DNA of 64,000 bases from NCBI GenBank assembly GCA_902780635.1, contig CACZGH010000009.1, positions 23,557-87,556 of the forward strand, in the 5' to 3' direction. The DNA comes from an uncultured Prevotellaceae bacterium (GTDB lineage Bacteria > Bacteroidota > Bacteroidia > Bacteroidales > Bacteroidaceae). Under the pieces are notes generated by a model. The model saw only the letters and a list, made by a program, of their open reading frames with translations, searched no databases and was not told the origin of the DNA. The translations under genes and the position numbers were made by a program. Each line of letters starts with the position of its first letter. The first letter of the stretch is position 1. Shown here piece by piece: positions 26,184-36,577 of the stretch.

Positions 26184-27248
26184 ATGGAAAAGTGCCATCC
26201 CTATCTTGAGTTTCTAAGGTATTGCCTTGACGACAGTACCCCCCTACCCTCCTCCACCGCCAGCATCGAGTGGACGGAGTTGTATGACTTCGCCGTGAAA
26301 CAAACGGCGGAGGCAACCTTCTGGCATGGCATCCAGAGGATGGACCGTGAGAATGGCGTAAAACTTTCTGACGTGCAAGTGCTTGCATGGATGGCCAGAC
26401 GTGAGAAGATAGCACGCCGCAACAAGATGGTGAATGAGAAAGTGGCCTGGGTGTGGAACAATTTCAGAAGAGAGGGATTTCGTTCCTGCCTTTTAAAAGG
26501 ACAAGGCAATGGGCTTTTTTATCCCGAACCACTGATGCGCACCTCTGGCGACATCGACATCTGGGTGGAGGGTGGCGACAAAAAAGTGATCGCCTATGTC
26601 GACTCCATCCAGCCCGGCTTCAAACGGGTCTATCATCATATCGAATTCCGCAAAGCAGGCAAAGTGGGGGTGGAGGTGCACTACCGTCCGTCATGGTCAA
26701 GCAACCCCATCTACAACCGCCGGCTCCAGCGTTGGTTTGAGAGTCATGCCGACGCATGCTTCTCCAACAAGAACGACGAACTCAGATGCTGTGTTCCTAC
26801 CGACGAGTTCAACCAAGTATACCTGCTCTCACACCTCTATTGCCACCTCATCAGAGAGGGTGTGGGCCTGCGACACATTATCGACTATTATCACTTGCTA
26901 AGAAAAAGTAACACGCACGTCTCTCCCGACACCATCTCTTACTTAGGCTATGGAAAAGTGGCAGGTGCGGTGATGTGGATGATGAAGGAAATATTAGGGT
27001 TGGATGAGAAATTCCTCATCTATCCACCCAACCCACAATTGGGACGACTGTTGGTCAGAGAAATCATGAAAGGAGGCAATTTCGGCAAGTATGATGACCG
27101 GCTTCTGAGTGGCGAGACTAAGAGCCAGTCGAAGCACAACCTCCAAGTGCTGGTGCGTGACATGCGGCTACTGAGGTATTTCCCTGAGGAGTGTCTTTGG
27201 GAGCCATGGTTCCGCCTATGGCATTATTTCTGGCGCATAAGACACTGA
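26184..27248 (+). CDS. uncharacterised nucleotidyltransferase-family protein (NTP_transf_5-like)
   Basis: GDIDIWVEGG and the overall style match the 'nucleotidyltransferase family protein' group. The protein is 354 aa. Confidence 0.55.
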   Translation: MEKCHPYLEFLRYCLDDSTPLPSSTASIEWTELYDFAVKQTAEATFWHGIQRMDRENGVKLSDVQVLAWMARREKIARRNKMVNEKVAWVWNNFRREGFRSCLLKGQGNGLFYPEPLMRTSGDIDIWVEGGDKKVIAYVDSIQPGFKRVYHHIEFRKAGKVGVEVHYRPSWSSNPIYNRRLQRWFESHADACFSNKNDELRCCVPTDEFNQVYLLSHLYCHLIREGVGLRHIIDYYHLLRKSNTHVSPDTISYLGYGKVAGAVMWMMKEILGLDEKFLIYPPNPQLGRLLVREIMKGGNFGKYDDRLLSGETKSQSKHNLQVLVRDMRLLRYFPEECLWEPWFRLWHYFWRIRH

Positions 27249-27251
27249 CTA

Positions 27252-28235
27252 TCAGCACATCACACACTCCTCTATTTTCTGGAATCCATTGAGGAAATCT
27301 TTCACTTGCATCCGTTTCTTGCCAGCCATCTGGAGCGTATCTATCTGCAACGCTCCTTCGCCTGTCGACACCAACATCACACTGCCCTTTCGCACAATCG
27401 TGCCCGGCTCGCTCCCCTCCAAACGTTCTTGACTTTTGGTCGTATGGTATATCTTGACCACAACGGGTTGGGCGTCGGCTGATGTCTGCAGCGTAGTCCA
27501 GGCACCAGGATAGGGACTCAGGCCACGTACGAAATCATAAACTTTTTTAGCAGGCCATGACCAGTCGATACGGCATGTCTCCTTAAAAATTTTCGGCGCC
27601 TTGTGCAAGACGACATCCTGGCTCATCAACTGATCCTGAGCAATGGCTTCAACCTGTCCATCACCCTCAATGATTTTATCAATCGTCCTCAAAGCGAGTT
27701 GTGCGCCAAGGTGCATCAGTCCATCATAGACATACTCCACATCGGCATCATCGGGTATGTCAAACGGTTCTTGCATGATAATACGTCCGGTATCTATCTC
27801 ATGGTCAAGGAAGAAAGTGGTCACACCTGTCACCGTCTCTCCGTTGATGACCGCCCAGTTGATAGGGGCGGCACCTCTGTACTGAGGCAAAAGGGCTGCA
27901 TGCACGTTGAAAGTACCCAGACGAGGCATCGCCCACACCACCTCTGGCAACATCCTAAACGCCACCACCACCTGCAAGTCGGCTTGATACGAGCGCAATT
28001 GCTCCACAAACTCAGGATCTTTCATTTTCTCAGGCTGAAGCACGGGTATGTCATGCGCCAGAGCATATTTTTTGACCTCCGAGGGCTGCAACACACTACC
28101 ATGCCGCCCCACAGGTTTGTCAGGCTGGGTGACGACCGCCACCACCTGATATCCACCTTCTACAAGCGACTGCAGCGTACCCACTGCAAACTCCGGGGTA
28201 CCCATAAAAACTATTCTCAGATCTTCCTTTTGCAT
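27252..28235 (-). CDS. fmt: methionyl-tRNA formyltransferase
   Basis: IVFMGTPEFAV, HAALLPQYRGAAPINWAVING. Confidence 0.95.
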   Translation of the reverse strand: MQKEDLRIVFMGTPEFAVGTLQSLVEGGYQVVAVVTQPDKPVGRHGSVLQPSEVKKYALAHDIPVLQPEKMKDPEFVEQLRSYQADLQVVVAFRMLPEVVWAMPRLGTFNVHAALLPQYRGAAPINWAVINGETVTGVTTFFLDHEIDTGRIIMQEPFDIPDDADVEYVYDGLMHLGAQLALRTIDKIIEGDGQVEAIAQDQLMSQDVVLHKAPKIFKETCRIDWSWPAKKVYDFVRGLSPYPGAWTTLQTSADAQPVVVKIYHTTKSQERLEGSEPGTIVRKGSVMLVSTGEGALQIDTLQMAGKKRMQVKDFLNGFQKIEECVMC

Positions 28236-28240
28236 TTTAT

Positions 28241-28400
28241 GTTAGTTGACAAGTTGACGGTTGACAAGTTATTAGATGAAGTTGATGAATTGACAAGTTG
28301 ACGAGTTGATTTCCAATTGTAAATTGTGACTTGTCAATTTTTCATCTTTCCATCTTCCAATCTTAATCTTTCATCTTTAATTTTTCATCTTTCATCTTTT
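28241..28400. repeat. composite short-period repeat block filling the whole clc-fmt spacer
   Basis: 28241-28310 holds GTTGACAA/GTTGACG/GTTGATGAA units and 28338-28400 holds TTTCATC/TTTAATC units. An 11-bp inverted repeat pairs AATTGACAAGT (28288-28298) with ACTTGTCAATT (28329-28339). Confidence 0.9.
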
Positions 28401-28401
28401 C

Positions 28402-30207
28402 TCACTCCTGCGACATATCTGCCACCATCTTTCGATACATGGCATACATCTTGGTACGATTGATATAGCCGATGAGATGGCCGTCGGTGTCTGTCACAGG
28501 CAGCACAGCGGCATCGGTCTCATCAAACTTCTGCATGACATCCTCCATCGGGTCGTTCATGCCCAAGGTGCTTGGCGGAGGAGTCATCAATTGCGACACT
28601 TTAAAGTGCTGGTAGAGTTCGGTGCGAAACATCACATTACGTATCTTGGTCAGGTTGACCTCGCCCAAAAGCGTTCCGGCATTGTCGAGCACTGGCATAA
28701 AATCGGTGGTACTCATACTGATGACAGTAACCAACTGTCCGAGAGACATCTCTTTGTCTATCGCCGTATAACGCCGGTCGATAATGCTGTCGAGACTCAT
28801 CAGTGTAAGGATAGACTTGTCAGTGTGGTGGGTGATGAGTTTGCCCTCACGGGCCAGTCTCATGCCGTAGATGCTGTGAGGCTCAAAGATAATGATGGTG
28901 AGATAGGCGCAGATACTGACTATCATCAATGGGATAAACAGCCGGTAGCCGCCTGTGATTTCTGCAATGAGGAAGATACCGGTGAGGGGTGCGTGCATGA
29001 CGCCCGCCATGACACCCGCCATACCCAAGAGAGAGAAGTTCTTCTCAGGGATATAGATGCCCACCTCGTTGATATTCCACAACCTGGAGAAAAAGAATCC
29101 GGCGAAAGCGCCGATGAAGAGCGAGGGCGCGAACGTACCACCACACCCGCCACCACCATTGGTGGCAGAAGTGGCGAATACCTTGGTGGCCAAAACCAGT
29201 CCGATATACAACATCAGCAGTTGACCGTTGCCATAAAACAGCGAGTTGTTGAGGATGGTGCCCCAATCGGCCTCCGTCCGTCCGTTGAGCAAGATGTTGA
29301 TGCTGGAGTACCCCTCACCATACAAAGAGGGGAAGAGGAAAATAAGCCCACTGAGCACCATGCCACCCAGAGCCAGCTTGGCATAGGGATATTTGCCGAG
29401 TCGGGCAAACAACTTCTCACAAACCGTCATGGTGCGAATGAAATACAAACTGACCAGTCCGCAGAAAATGCCCAACAGAATGCAGGCCGGCACACGCTCC
29501 ACCTCCCACTCTCCATCGAGGGTGAAGTGAAACAGCGACTCGCTGCCCACAAAGATATAGGTGAAACAGGTGGCGGTGACACTGGAGATAAGGATGGGCA
29601 ACAGGGACGCCATCGTCAGATCGATCATGAGCACCTCAAGCGTGAACACTAGTCCTGCTATCGGGGCCTTGAAGATGCCGGCAATAGCAGCGGAAGCGCC
29701 ACATCCCACAAGCACCATCATGGTCTTACTGTCAAGATGGAAACGTTGCCCTAAACTGCTGCCAATGGCCGACCCCGTGAGCACAATAGGTGCCTCAGCC
29801 CCCACACTTCCACCAAAACCGATGGTGAGGGCCGATGCGATGACTGAACTCCAGCAATTGTGTCTCTTGAGTCTGCTCTGCTTGCGACTGATGGCATAGA
29901 GGATGCGGGTGATGCCATGACTGATATTGTCTCTCACCACATACCGCACAAAAAGGGAGGTGAGAAAGATACCTACTACAGGGAAGACAAGGTATAACCA
30001 GTTGAACGTACGGTTGTCGAAACCAGCCGTCAGCAACAACTGAATCTCGTCAATGAGCCAATGGAGCACGTAAGCGGCCACGGCGGCAAAGAAGCCCACT
30101 GCCAGACTGAGAGCCAGTGTAAACTGCTTGTTGGGCACATGTTCTTTGCGCCATTGGTCGATACGTATGAGCCATGATGGCTTCCATATAGAGGTCGTCT
30201 CGGTCAT
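28402..30207 (-). CDS. ClC-family chloride channel/antiporter with C-terminal CBS pair
   Basis: GGSVGAEAPIV, GIFKAPIAG and about 10 or more TM helices, with a CBS-like tail. Confidence 0.9.
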   Translation of the reverse strand: MTETTSIWKPSWLIRIDQWRKEHVPNKQFTLALSLAVGFFAAVAAYVLHWLIDEIQLLLTAGFDNRTFNWLYLVFPVVGIFLTSLFVRYVVRDNISHGITRILYAISRKQSRLKRHNCWSSVIASALTIGFGGSVGAEAPIVLTGSAIGSSLGQRFHLDSKTMMVLVGCGASAAIAGIFKAPIAGLVFTLEVLMIDLTMASLLPILISSVTATCFTYIFVGSESLFHFTLDGEWEVERVPACILLGIFCGLVSLYFIRTMTVCEKLFARLGKYPYAKLALGGMVLSGLIFLFPSLYGEGYSSINILLNGRTEADWGTILNNSLFYGNGQLLMLYIGLVLATKVFATSATNGGGGCGGTFAPSLFIGAFAGFFFSRLWNINEVGIYIPEKNFSLLGMAGVMAGVMHAPLTGIFLIAEITGGYRLFIPLMIVSICAYLTIIIFEPHSIYGMRLAREGKLITHHTDKSILTLMSLDSIIDRRYTAIDKEMSLGQLVTVISMSTTDFMPVLDNAGTLLGEVNLTKIRNVMFRTELYQHFKVSQLMTPPPSTLGMNDPMEDVMQKFDETDAAVLPVTDTDGHLIGYINRTKMYAMYRKMVADMSQE

Positions 30208-30780
30208 CTACTTACGAATGATGCTCACCTCGCCGTTGAGCCTGATTTTGATGATGCTCGATGGAGTATGTGGCTGGCGCTCCTGCCGACGTGACTTGCA
30301 GACATAGTCCACCGCCTCCAAAAGCTCTGGAGAGATGTCACAGAAATTGGAGGCAGGGGGCTCACCACTGATGTTGGCACTGGTAGAAACGATGGCTTTC
30401 TGAAAACGGTAACACAATTGCTGTGAGAAAGGCTCCTTGGTGATGCGCATCGCCACAGAGCCATCCTCTGCCACCAGATTAGGCGCCAGATTGACAGCTC
30501 CGTCGAGAATCACCGTGATAGGCTTGACCGACAACTCCATCACATCCCAAGCCACATTGGGCACCTGACGGACATAGCGCTGCAACCGGGCGTCGCTGTC
30601 CACAAGGCAAATCAGGGCTTTGGCATCTGTGCGACGCTTGATTTCATACACCCTGGCCACAGCATCGGGGTTGGTGGCATCGCAGCCGATACCCCATACA
30701 GTGTCGGTGGGGTAAAGGATCACCCCACCACGCCGCATGACTTCCACAGCCTCCTTGATATCCTGATCGTAACTTGCCAT
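30208..30780 (-). CDS. tsaC: L-threonylcarbamoyladenylate synthase (YrdC/TsaC type)
   Basis: ILYPTDTVWGIGCDA, AKALICLV, STSANISGEP. The start at ATG 30780 lies 3 nt after the ROK stop. Confidence 0.88.
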   Translation of the reverse strand: MASYDQDIKEAVEVMRRGGVILYPTDTVWGIGCDATNPDAVARVYEIKRRTDAKALICLVDSDARLQRYVRQVPNVAWDVMELSVKPITVILDGAVNLAPNLVAEDGSVAMRITKEPFSQQLCYRFQKAIVSTSANISGEPPASNFCDISPELLEAVDYVCKSRRQERQPHTPSSIIKIRLNGEVSIIRK

Positions 30781-30782
30781 GG

Positions 30783-31760
30783 TTACAATTCCCATCCGAT
30801 GGCTGAAGCACCGAGCACAGCAGCGGAAGCTCCGTCAAGACCACTGATGAGGAATTTTGCCTTTCCTCTGAAGATTTTCAGCACATGCTCGTCATAGCTC
30901 TTCTTGATGGGATCCATGATGAGATCTCCTGCCTTGACGAGTCCTCCAAAGAAGATGAATGCCTCTGGTGAGGAGAAAGCGGCAAAGTCGGCACAAGCCT
31001 CTCCCAGCATCTCGCCGGTGGCCTTGTAGACATCCAGTGCGAGCTGGTCACCCTTGCCGGCAGCGATTGACACATCAAGCGATGTGATCTCTTCAGGATT
31101 CATGTCGCGCAGCACCGAGGGACGGTCTGTGGTGAAGAGCAACTCGCGGGCAGAACGTGCCACACCAGTGGCAGAGCAATAAGCCTCAAGACAGCCCTTG
31201 CGTCCACATCCACAGGAACGACCATTCTCACGGCGCATAATCACATGTCCCAACTCACCGGCAAATCCGTCACATCCATACACCAATTGGCCATTGATGA
31301 CAATACCTGAACCGACACCAGTGCCAAGGGTGATGACGATGAAGTTTTTCATACCTCTTGCCACACCATAGATCATCTCTCCGATAGCGGCAGCATTGGC
31401 GTCATTGGTCAGTGCTACGGGAATCCCAAGTCGGTCGCTGAACATTTTGGCCAGAGGCACCACCGTATCATGTCCCCAAGAGAGGTTGGGAGCAAACTCA
31501 ATAGTGCCATTATAGAAATTGCCATTAGGGGCGCCAATACCCATGGCCTTGATCTTATCTATACCTCCCACTTGGTCGATGATGACCTGCAGGGCGTCGA
31601 CTGCAGCGTCGACATAGTCTTCTACGCGGTCGTAGCCTTGGGTCTTGATAGCAGTTGTGGCCTTAATATCGCCACGGCTGTCCACGATACCGAACACGGA
31701 GTTGGTGCCTCCTAAGTCTAAACCTATCACATAAGGTTTCATGATTGTCTGTGCATCCAT
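30783..31760 (-). CDS. ROK-family sugar kinase (glucokinase-like)
   Basis: DLGGTN, GIGAPNG and the zinc motif CGCGRKGCLE. Confidence 0.9.
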   Translation of the reverse strand: MDAQTIMKPYVIGLDLGGTNSVFGIVDSRGDIKATTAIKTQGYDRVEDYVDAAVDALQVIIDQVGGIDKIKAMGIGAPNGNFYNGTIEFAPNLSWGHDTVVPLAKMFSDRLGIPVALTNDANAAAIGEMIYGVARGMKNFIVITLGTGVGSGIVINGQLVYGCDGFAGELGHVIMRRENGRSCGCGRKGCLEAYCSATGVARSARELLFTTDRPSVLRDMNPEEITSLDVSIAAGKGDQLALDVYKATGEMLGEACADFAAFSSPEAFIFFGGLVKAGDLIMDPIKKSYDEHVLKIFRGKAKFLISGLDGASAAVLGASAIGWEL

Positions 31761-31839
31761 ATTATGTTATTTAGATATTAAAAAAAAATACGAACCTATT
31801 TTCAGAATTCTGATGCGACTTCCGATATGACATACGATG

Positions 31840-31847
31840 CAAAGATA
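31840..31847 (-). promoter_or_regulatory. -7 promoter motif TATCTTTG upstream of the ROK kinase gene
   Basis: Matches TAnnTTTG on the minus strand, 80 nt before the ATG. Confidence 0.45.
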
Positions 31848-32000
31848 AGACAAAAGTATGAGACAACCAAATTTTCATGGGAAAATGATTTGGAATAATT
31901 AGGAGTGCAGAAGTTTAGAAGTCCGGGGGGTCAGACTATAGCACAGATTGTTCCTCATAGATGGAGACAGCGTATAAAAAACGGTATTGTCTGAACTTCA

Positions 32001-32024
32001 CCACTCCTCAACTCCTCAACTCCT
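32001..32024. repeat. octanucleotide tandem array (CAACTCCT)x3, second copy of the 23634 element
   Basis: Read directly as ccactcct caactcct caactcct. It is preceded by CTGAACT, as is the copy at 23634. Confidence 0.85.
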
Positions 32025-32094
32025 CCCTTTTTATTGAAACTTTTATGCGCAAAATTTGCACTTCTCATAAAAAATTAGCATCTTTGCAAACGAT

Positions 32095-32763
32095 ATGCCA
32101 ACATTGTTTCACATAGACATACTCAGCACCATCCTCAAAGGCATCATCATAGGTGTTCTTGCCTCTGCGCCCATGGGACCGGTGGGAATATTGTGTGTGC
32201 AGCGCACGCTCAACAAAGGACGGTGGTATGGCTTTGTGACAGGCATTGGCGCCACGATGAGCGACTTGTTTTATGCTATCATCACAGGAGTAGGCATGAG
32301 TTTTGTCATGAATCTCATCACCAATGCCCACAACCAGTTCTTCCTGCAAATCACGGGAAGCATTATGCTCCTCATTTTCGGCATCTACAGTTTCCGCTCC
32401 AACCCCACTAAGAACATGCACCAAAGCGGCAACACCAAGGGCACTTTCATCCACAATGGCGTGACGGCCTTTTTGGTGACCCTCTCCAATCCACTCATCA
32501 TCATTCTTTTTATGGCCAGCTTTGCACAGTTGGCTTTCGTGGTTCCGGGGCATCCTTTCGTGATGCTCATAGGCTATGTGAGTATCGTGATGGGTGCACT
32601 GTTGTGGTGGTTTGGACTGACATGGCTCATTGACAAAATCAGGATAAAATTCGACTATTATGGTATCATTCTCATCAACCGCATTATCGGGAGTGTGGTG
32701 ATACTGTTTTCCGTTGTCGTTTTGATAGGCACCATCTTCAATCTTTTCACCATCCACTACTGA
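32095..32763 (+). CDS. LysE/RhtB-family amino-acid exporter
   Basis: Six hydrophobic helices, N-terminal GIIIGVLASAPMGPVGILCV, 222 aa. Confidence 0.75.
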   Translation: MPTLFHIDILSTILKGIIIGVLASAPMGPVGILCVQRTLNKGRWYGFVTGIGATMSDLFYAIITGVGMSFVMNLITNAHNQFFLQITGSIMLLIFGIYSFRSNPTKNMHQSGNTKGTFIHNGVTAFLVTLSNPLIIILFMASFAQLAFVVPGHPFVMLIGYVSIVMGALLWWFGLTWLIDKIRIKFDYYGIILINRIIGSVVILFSVVVLIGTIFNLFTIHY

Positions 32764-32790
32764 TGGTACATATCATACACCACCATCGTT

Positions 32791-33348
32791 ATGTTTATAG
32801 CTAAAGAACTACGTAAGAAAAGCATCGCTGAATACCTGCTCTATATGTGGCAGGTGGAGGATTTAATCCGTGCGTATGGATGCAGCCTGGCACGCATACG
32901 CCGTGAGTATATCAGCCAGTTCGACTACCCCGACGAGGAAAAAGAAGAACTGACCGACTGGTATGGCAACTTGATACGCATGATCAACGAGGAGGGACGC
33001 CGCGAGAGCGGACATCTGCAAATCAACAAAATCGTGGTGCAAGACATCACCGAACTGCACGCCCGTCTGCTCGATAGCTCACGATTTCCTTTCTACCGCT
33101 CTGAGTACTACAAAGTGCTGCCATATATCGTAGAACTACGTAAGCGAGGCGGCGACTCCAACGAAAGCGAGATAGAGACTTGTCTCAACGCGCTCTACGG
33201 CGTAATGATGCTACGCCTACAAAACAAAGAGATCTCGCCCGACACACAGCACGCCATCCAGGAGATCAGCACGCTCGTCGGTATGCTCTCTGACTACTAC
33301 CTGAAGGACAAGACCGAAGGTATCGATTTTGACGACTCAACTTTTTGA
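32791..33348 (+). CDS. conserved hypothetical protein (DUF4924-like)
   Basis: MFIAKELRKKSIAEYLLYMWQVEDLIRA... is the style of the Bacteroidales protein usually found next to rfbD. I recall the family name from memory only. Confidence 0.6.
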   Translation: MFIAKELRKKSIAEYLLYMWQVEDLIRAYGCSLARIRREYISQFDYPDEEKEELTDWYGNLIRMINEEGRRESGHLQINKIVVQDITELHARLLDSSRFPFYRSEYYKVLPYIVELRKRGGDSNESEIETCLNALYGVMMLRLQNKEISPDTQHAIQEISTLVGMLSDYYLKDKTEGIDFDDSTF

Positions 33349-33353
33349 CAAAC

Positions 33354-34211
33354 ATGAATATACTCATTACCGGCTGCAATGGCCAATTAGGAAACGAAAT
33401 GCAACTGCTGGAAAAAGCTCATCCAGCACACACTTTTTTCAATACTGACGTCGACGAACTTGACATCACCAACCAAGAAGCGGTCGAAAACTTTATCAAT
33501 ACGCATGAGATAGAAGGCATCGTCAACTGTGCCGCCTTCACAGCCGTAGACAAGGCAGAGGAAGCCAAAGAGCCTTGCACCACACTCAACACGGTGGCAC
33601 CTGCCTATCTGGCCGCCGCCATCGAGAGCCGACACGGATGGATCATACAGATTTCTACAGACTATGTGTTCAACGGCAAAAATTTCCGACCCTACCGTGA
33701 GGACGACACCCCGTCGCCCGACGGGGTCTACGGAAGCACCAAACTGGCAGGTGAATTTGGCGTGACCAAATTCTGCAGCAGGGCGATGATTATCCGCACC
33801 GCATGGCTCTACAGCAGCTTTGGCAACAATTTTGTGAAAACCATGCTCCGCTTAGGACGGGAGCGTGACACGCTGGGCGTCATCTACGACCAGATAGGCA
33901 CGCCCACCTACGCACGCGACCTGGCCATGGCCATCATGAGTATCATCGAACAGGGCATCCATCCGGGAGTTTACCACTTCACCAACGAGGGAGTAGCCAG
34001 CTGGTACGACTTCACCAAGGCCATCCATCGGCTCGCTGGTATCACCGGCTGCCAGGTGCGCCCACTTAAGACCGAGGAATACCCCACCCCAGCCAAGCGC
34101 CCCCACTACTCTATCCTCGACAAGTCTAAAATCAAAGATACTTACCATCTGACCATCCCCTACTGGGAAGACTCTCTCAGAGAATGTGTTGAGATACTGA
34201 CGAGTTGTTAA
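33354..34211 (+). CDS. rfbD: dTDP-4-dehydrorhamnose reductase
   Basis: MNILITGCNGQLG is a Rossmann motif, and YVFNG / YGSTKLAGE supply the catalytic Y-x3-K. The ORF-track start at 33345 is TTG. Confidence 0.9.
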   Translation: MNILITGCNGQLGNEMQLLEKAHPAHTFFNTDVDELDITNQEAVENFINTHEIEGIVNCAAFTAVDKAEEAKEPCTTLNTVAPAYLAAAIESRHGWIIQISTDYVFNGKNFRPYREDDTPSPDGVYGSTKLAGEFGVTKFCSRAMIIRTAWLYSSFGNNFVKTMLRLGRERDTLGVIYDQIGTPTYARDLAMAIMSIIEQGIHPGVYHFTNEGVASWYDFTKAIHRLAGITGCQVRPLKTEEYPTPAKRPHYSILDKSKIKDTYHLTIPYWEDSLRECVEILTSC

Positions 34212-34293
34212 GGTGACTTCCACGAATGTCCCCTTCATTTTTCGTCATGACGTGCTCACGTTATGACCTCATTTTAATTTTCAATATTCAACA

Positions 34294-35862
34294 ATGAACC
34301 AAGAAATAGAAAGACGCCGCACCTTTGCCATCATATCACACCCCGATGCAGGAAAAACCACACTGACTGAGAAATTCCTGCTCTTCGGCGGACAAATCCA
34401 GGTGGCTGGTGCCGTAAAGAGCAACAAGATACGTAAGACAGCCACTTCCGACTGGATGGACATAGAGAAGCAACGCGGTATCTCTGTCTCTACCTCGGTG
34501 ATGGAATTCGATTATGAAGGATATAAGGTCAACATCCTCGACACCCCTGGACACCAAGACTTCGCCGAGGACACCTACCGCACACTGACAGCCGTCGACT
34601 CGGCCATCATCGTGGTTGACGGTGCCAAGGGCGTGGAGACACAGACACGCAAACTGATGAACGTGTGCCGCATGCGCAATACACCGGTCATCATCTTCAT
34701 CAACAAGATGGACCGCGAGGGCCGTGACCCCTTCGACTTGTTAGACGAACTGGAGCAAGAGTTGCAGATCAGCGTTCGCCCGCTCTCATGGCCCATCAAT
34801 CAAGGTGTGAGATTCAAAGGCGTCTACAATATCTATGAAAACAAACTCGACTTGTTTACACCCGACAAACAGCGAGTGACGGAGAAAGTGGAAATCGACA
34901 TCAACAGCGAGGAACTGGAGAAGCACGTCGGCCCACAGGACGCCAGCCAGTTGCGTGACGATCTGGAACTGATAGACGGTGTGTATCCTGAGTTTCAAGT
35001 GGAAGACTACCGCGCCGCAGAGGTGGCTCCCGTCTTTTTTGGTAGTGCACTCAACAACTTCGGAGTGCAGGAGCTGCTCAACTGTTTTGTAAAAATAGCA
35101 CCTCATCCACGTCCCACACAGGCAGAGGAAAGGGCGGTGCAGCCAGAGGAGCAGAAATTCACTGGCTTTATTTTCAAAATCACGGCCAATATTGACCCCA
35201 ACCACCGCTCTTGCATCGCATTCTGCAAGGTGTGCAGCGGCCGGTTTGTGCGCAACCAACCCTACTATCACGTCCGTCTGGATAAGACATTGCGGTTCTC
35301 ATCACCTACTCAGTTCATGGCACAACGCAAGTCCACCATTGACGAGGCCTATCCTGGCGACATCGTAGGTCTGCCCGACAACGGCATATTCAAAATCGGT
35401 GACACAATGACAGAGGGCGAACATCTACATTTCCGTGGCCTGCCTTCCTTCTCGCCGGAGATGTTCAAATATATTGAGAACGATGACCCGATGAAAGCGA
35501 AACAACTCGCCAAAGGCATCGAGCAACTGATGGACGAGGGCGTGGCGCAACTGTTTGTCAACCAGTTCAACGGCCGAAAAATCATCGGCACTGTAGGTCA
35601 GCTGCAGTTTGAGGTGATACAGTATCGTCTGGAAAATGAGTACAACGCCCGATGCCGCTGGGAACCTGTCCATCTGTACAAAGCATGCTGGATAGAATCT
35701 GACGACGAGAAAGAACTGGAAAATTTCAAGAAAAGGAAATATCAGTATATGGCCAAAGACCGAGAAGGCCGCGATGTGTTCCTTGCTGACAGTGGGTATG
35801 TGCTCTCCATGGCCCAGGAGGACTTCAAGCACATCCGTTTCCACTTCACCTCGGAGTTTTGA
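34294..35862 (+). CDS. prfC: peptide chain release factor 3
   Basis: [39 protein letters not shown]. Confidence 0.95.
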   Translation: MNQEIERRRTFAIISHPDAGKTTLTEKFLLFGGQIQVAGAVKSNKIRKTATSDWMDIEKQRGISVSTSVMEFDYEGYKVNILDTPGHQDFAEDTYRTLTAVDSAIIVVDGAKGVETQTRKLMNVCRMRNTPVIIFINKMDREGRDPFDLLDELEQELQISVRPLSWPINQGVRFKGVYNIYENKLDLFTPDKQRVTEKVEIDINSEELEKHVGPQDASQLRDDLELIDGVYPEFQVEDYRAAEVAPVFFGSALNNFGVQELLNCFVKIAPHPRPTQAEERAVQPEEQKFTGFIFKITANIDPNHRSCIAFCKVCSGRFVRNQPYYHVRLDKTLRFSSPTQFMAQRKSTIDEAYPGDIVGLPDNGIFKIGDTMTEGEHLHFRGLPSFSPEMFKYIENDDPMKAKQLAKGIEQLMDEGVAQLFVNQFNGRKIIGTVGQLQFEVIQYRLENEYNARCRWEPVHLYKACWIESDDEKELENFKKRKYQYMAKDREGRDVFLADSGYVLSMAQEDFKHIRFHFTSEF

Positions 35863-35874
35863 GCGCAAGAAACG

Positions 35875-36471
35875 CTATTCGCTGTCTGAAAGGGGCTTGC
35901 AGCACCAGCGTGACACTTTGAGCATCACCCCCATACCAGGCACCTCCTTGAGCAGGAAATATTTGTGGCTCTGCCGCACCAAACGGCCAGTCAGACCCTT
36001 CAGGGGGCCATGGCTGACCATCACGGGGGTGCCCACCTTGAGTTTGGCTTCTTCCGAACTCAAGAATTTCCGCATCTCTAGTTCCGGGTTGCACATGGTC
36101 TGAAACTCTGCCATCTGCTTGGGAGGTATCTCATAATACTCTCGGTTTTCGCGGCTTTTGGTCATCACCGCCATTTTGATATCACTTTTATGCATCAGTT
36201 CCGCCATGGCATGGGTGGTCATCGTTTTTTTCACGAAAATGAGATTGCTGACCACAGGACGCAACTTACGCCGGTGGTGACCATTCTCATCCTCATAGTC
36301 ATAGTACTGCATGGGGACGAAATATTCCACTTTTTTCTCATCAAAATAGCTGCGGGCTCTCAGCAGATGGTTGGAAAACAAACGCACGGCAAACCAAGGA
36401 AGCTGCACATCGTCTGTCTCAATGAATGAGTCAGTGAGACGGCCAACGGTATCTGTTGTGTTCATTTCCAT
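35875..36471 (-). CDS. UpxY-family (NusG-like) transcription antiterminator
   Basis: NGN-like WFAVRLFSNHLLRARSYFDEKKVEYFVP and the KOW motif VGTPVMVSHGPLKGLTGRLV. The start is set at ATG 36471 because a -7 motif lies at 36529-36536. ATG 36465 is also possible. Confidence 0.75.
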   Translation of the reverse strand: MEMNTTDTVGRLTDSFIETDDVQLPWFAVRLFSNHLLRARSYFDEKKVEYFVPMQYYDYEDENGHHRRKLRPVVSNLIFVKKTMTTHAMAELMHKSDIKMAVMTKSRENREYYEIPPKQMAEFQTMCNPELEMRKFLSSEEAKLKVGTPVMVSHGPLKGLTGRLVRQSHKYFLLKEVPGMGVMLKVSRWCCKPLSDSE

Positions 36472-36528
36472 AACGGGATGATTTGGTAAATATAGAGCAA
36501 AACCTTTGCATTCCATAAAAATGGGATG

Positions 36529-36536
36529 CAAAGGTA
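36529..36536 (-). promoter_or_regulatory. -7 promoter motif TACCTTTG upstream of the UpxY-like gene
   Basis: Matches TAnnTTTG on the minus strand, between the trpG stop and the UpxY start. Confidence 0.45.
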
Positions 36537-36577
36537 CTACTTTTCCTCAAATTTTCCAAAAGTATGACTCAAAAAAG

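Noticed and set aside
28241-28400. Whether the short tandem repeats (also 4182-4245, 11709-11750, 23634-23665, 32001-32024, 40591-40623) could be CRISPR arrays.
   Set aside because: Periods are 7-8 nt with no spacers, arrays are 70 nt or shorter, and there are no cas genes. They are microsatellite or REP-like elements, not CRISPR.
32065-32757. 230-aa minus-strand ORF almost exactly co-extensive with the LysE-family gene.
   Set aside because: The + strand product has six regular hydrophobic helices and a LysE-like N-terminus preceded by a promoter-like CATCTTTG. The minus-strand product is H/D/E-rich with no motif.
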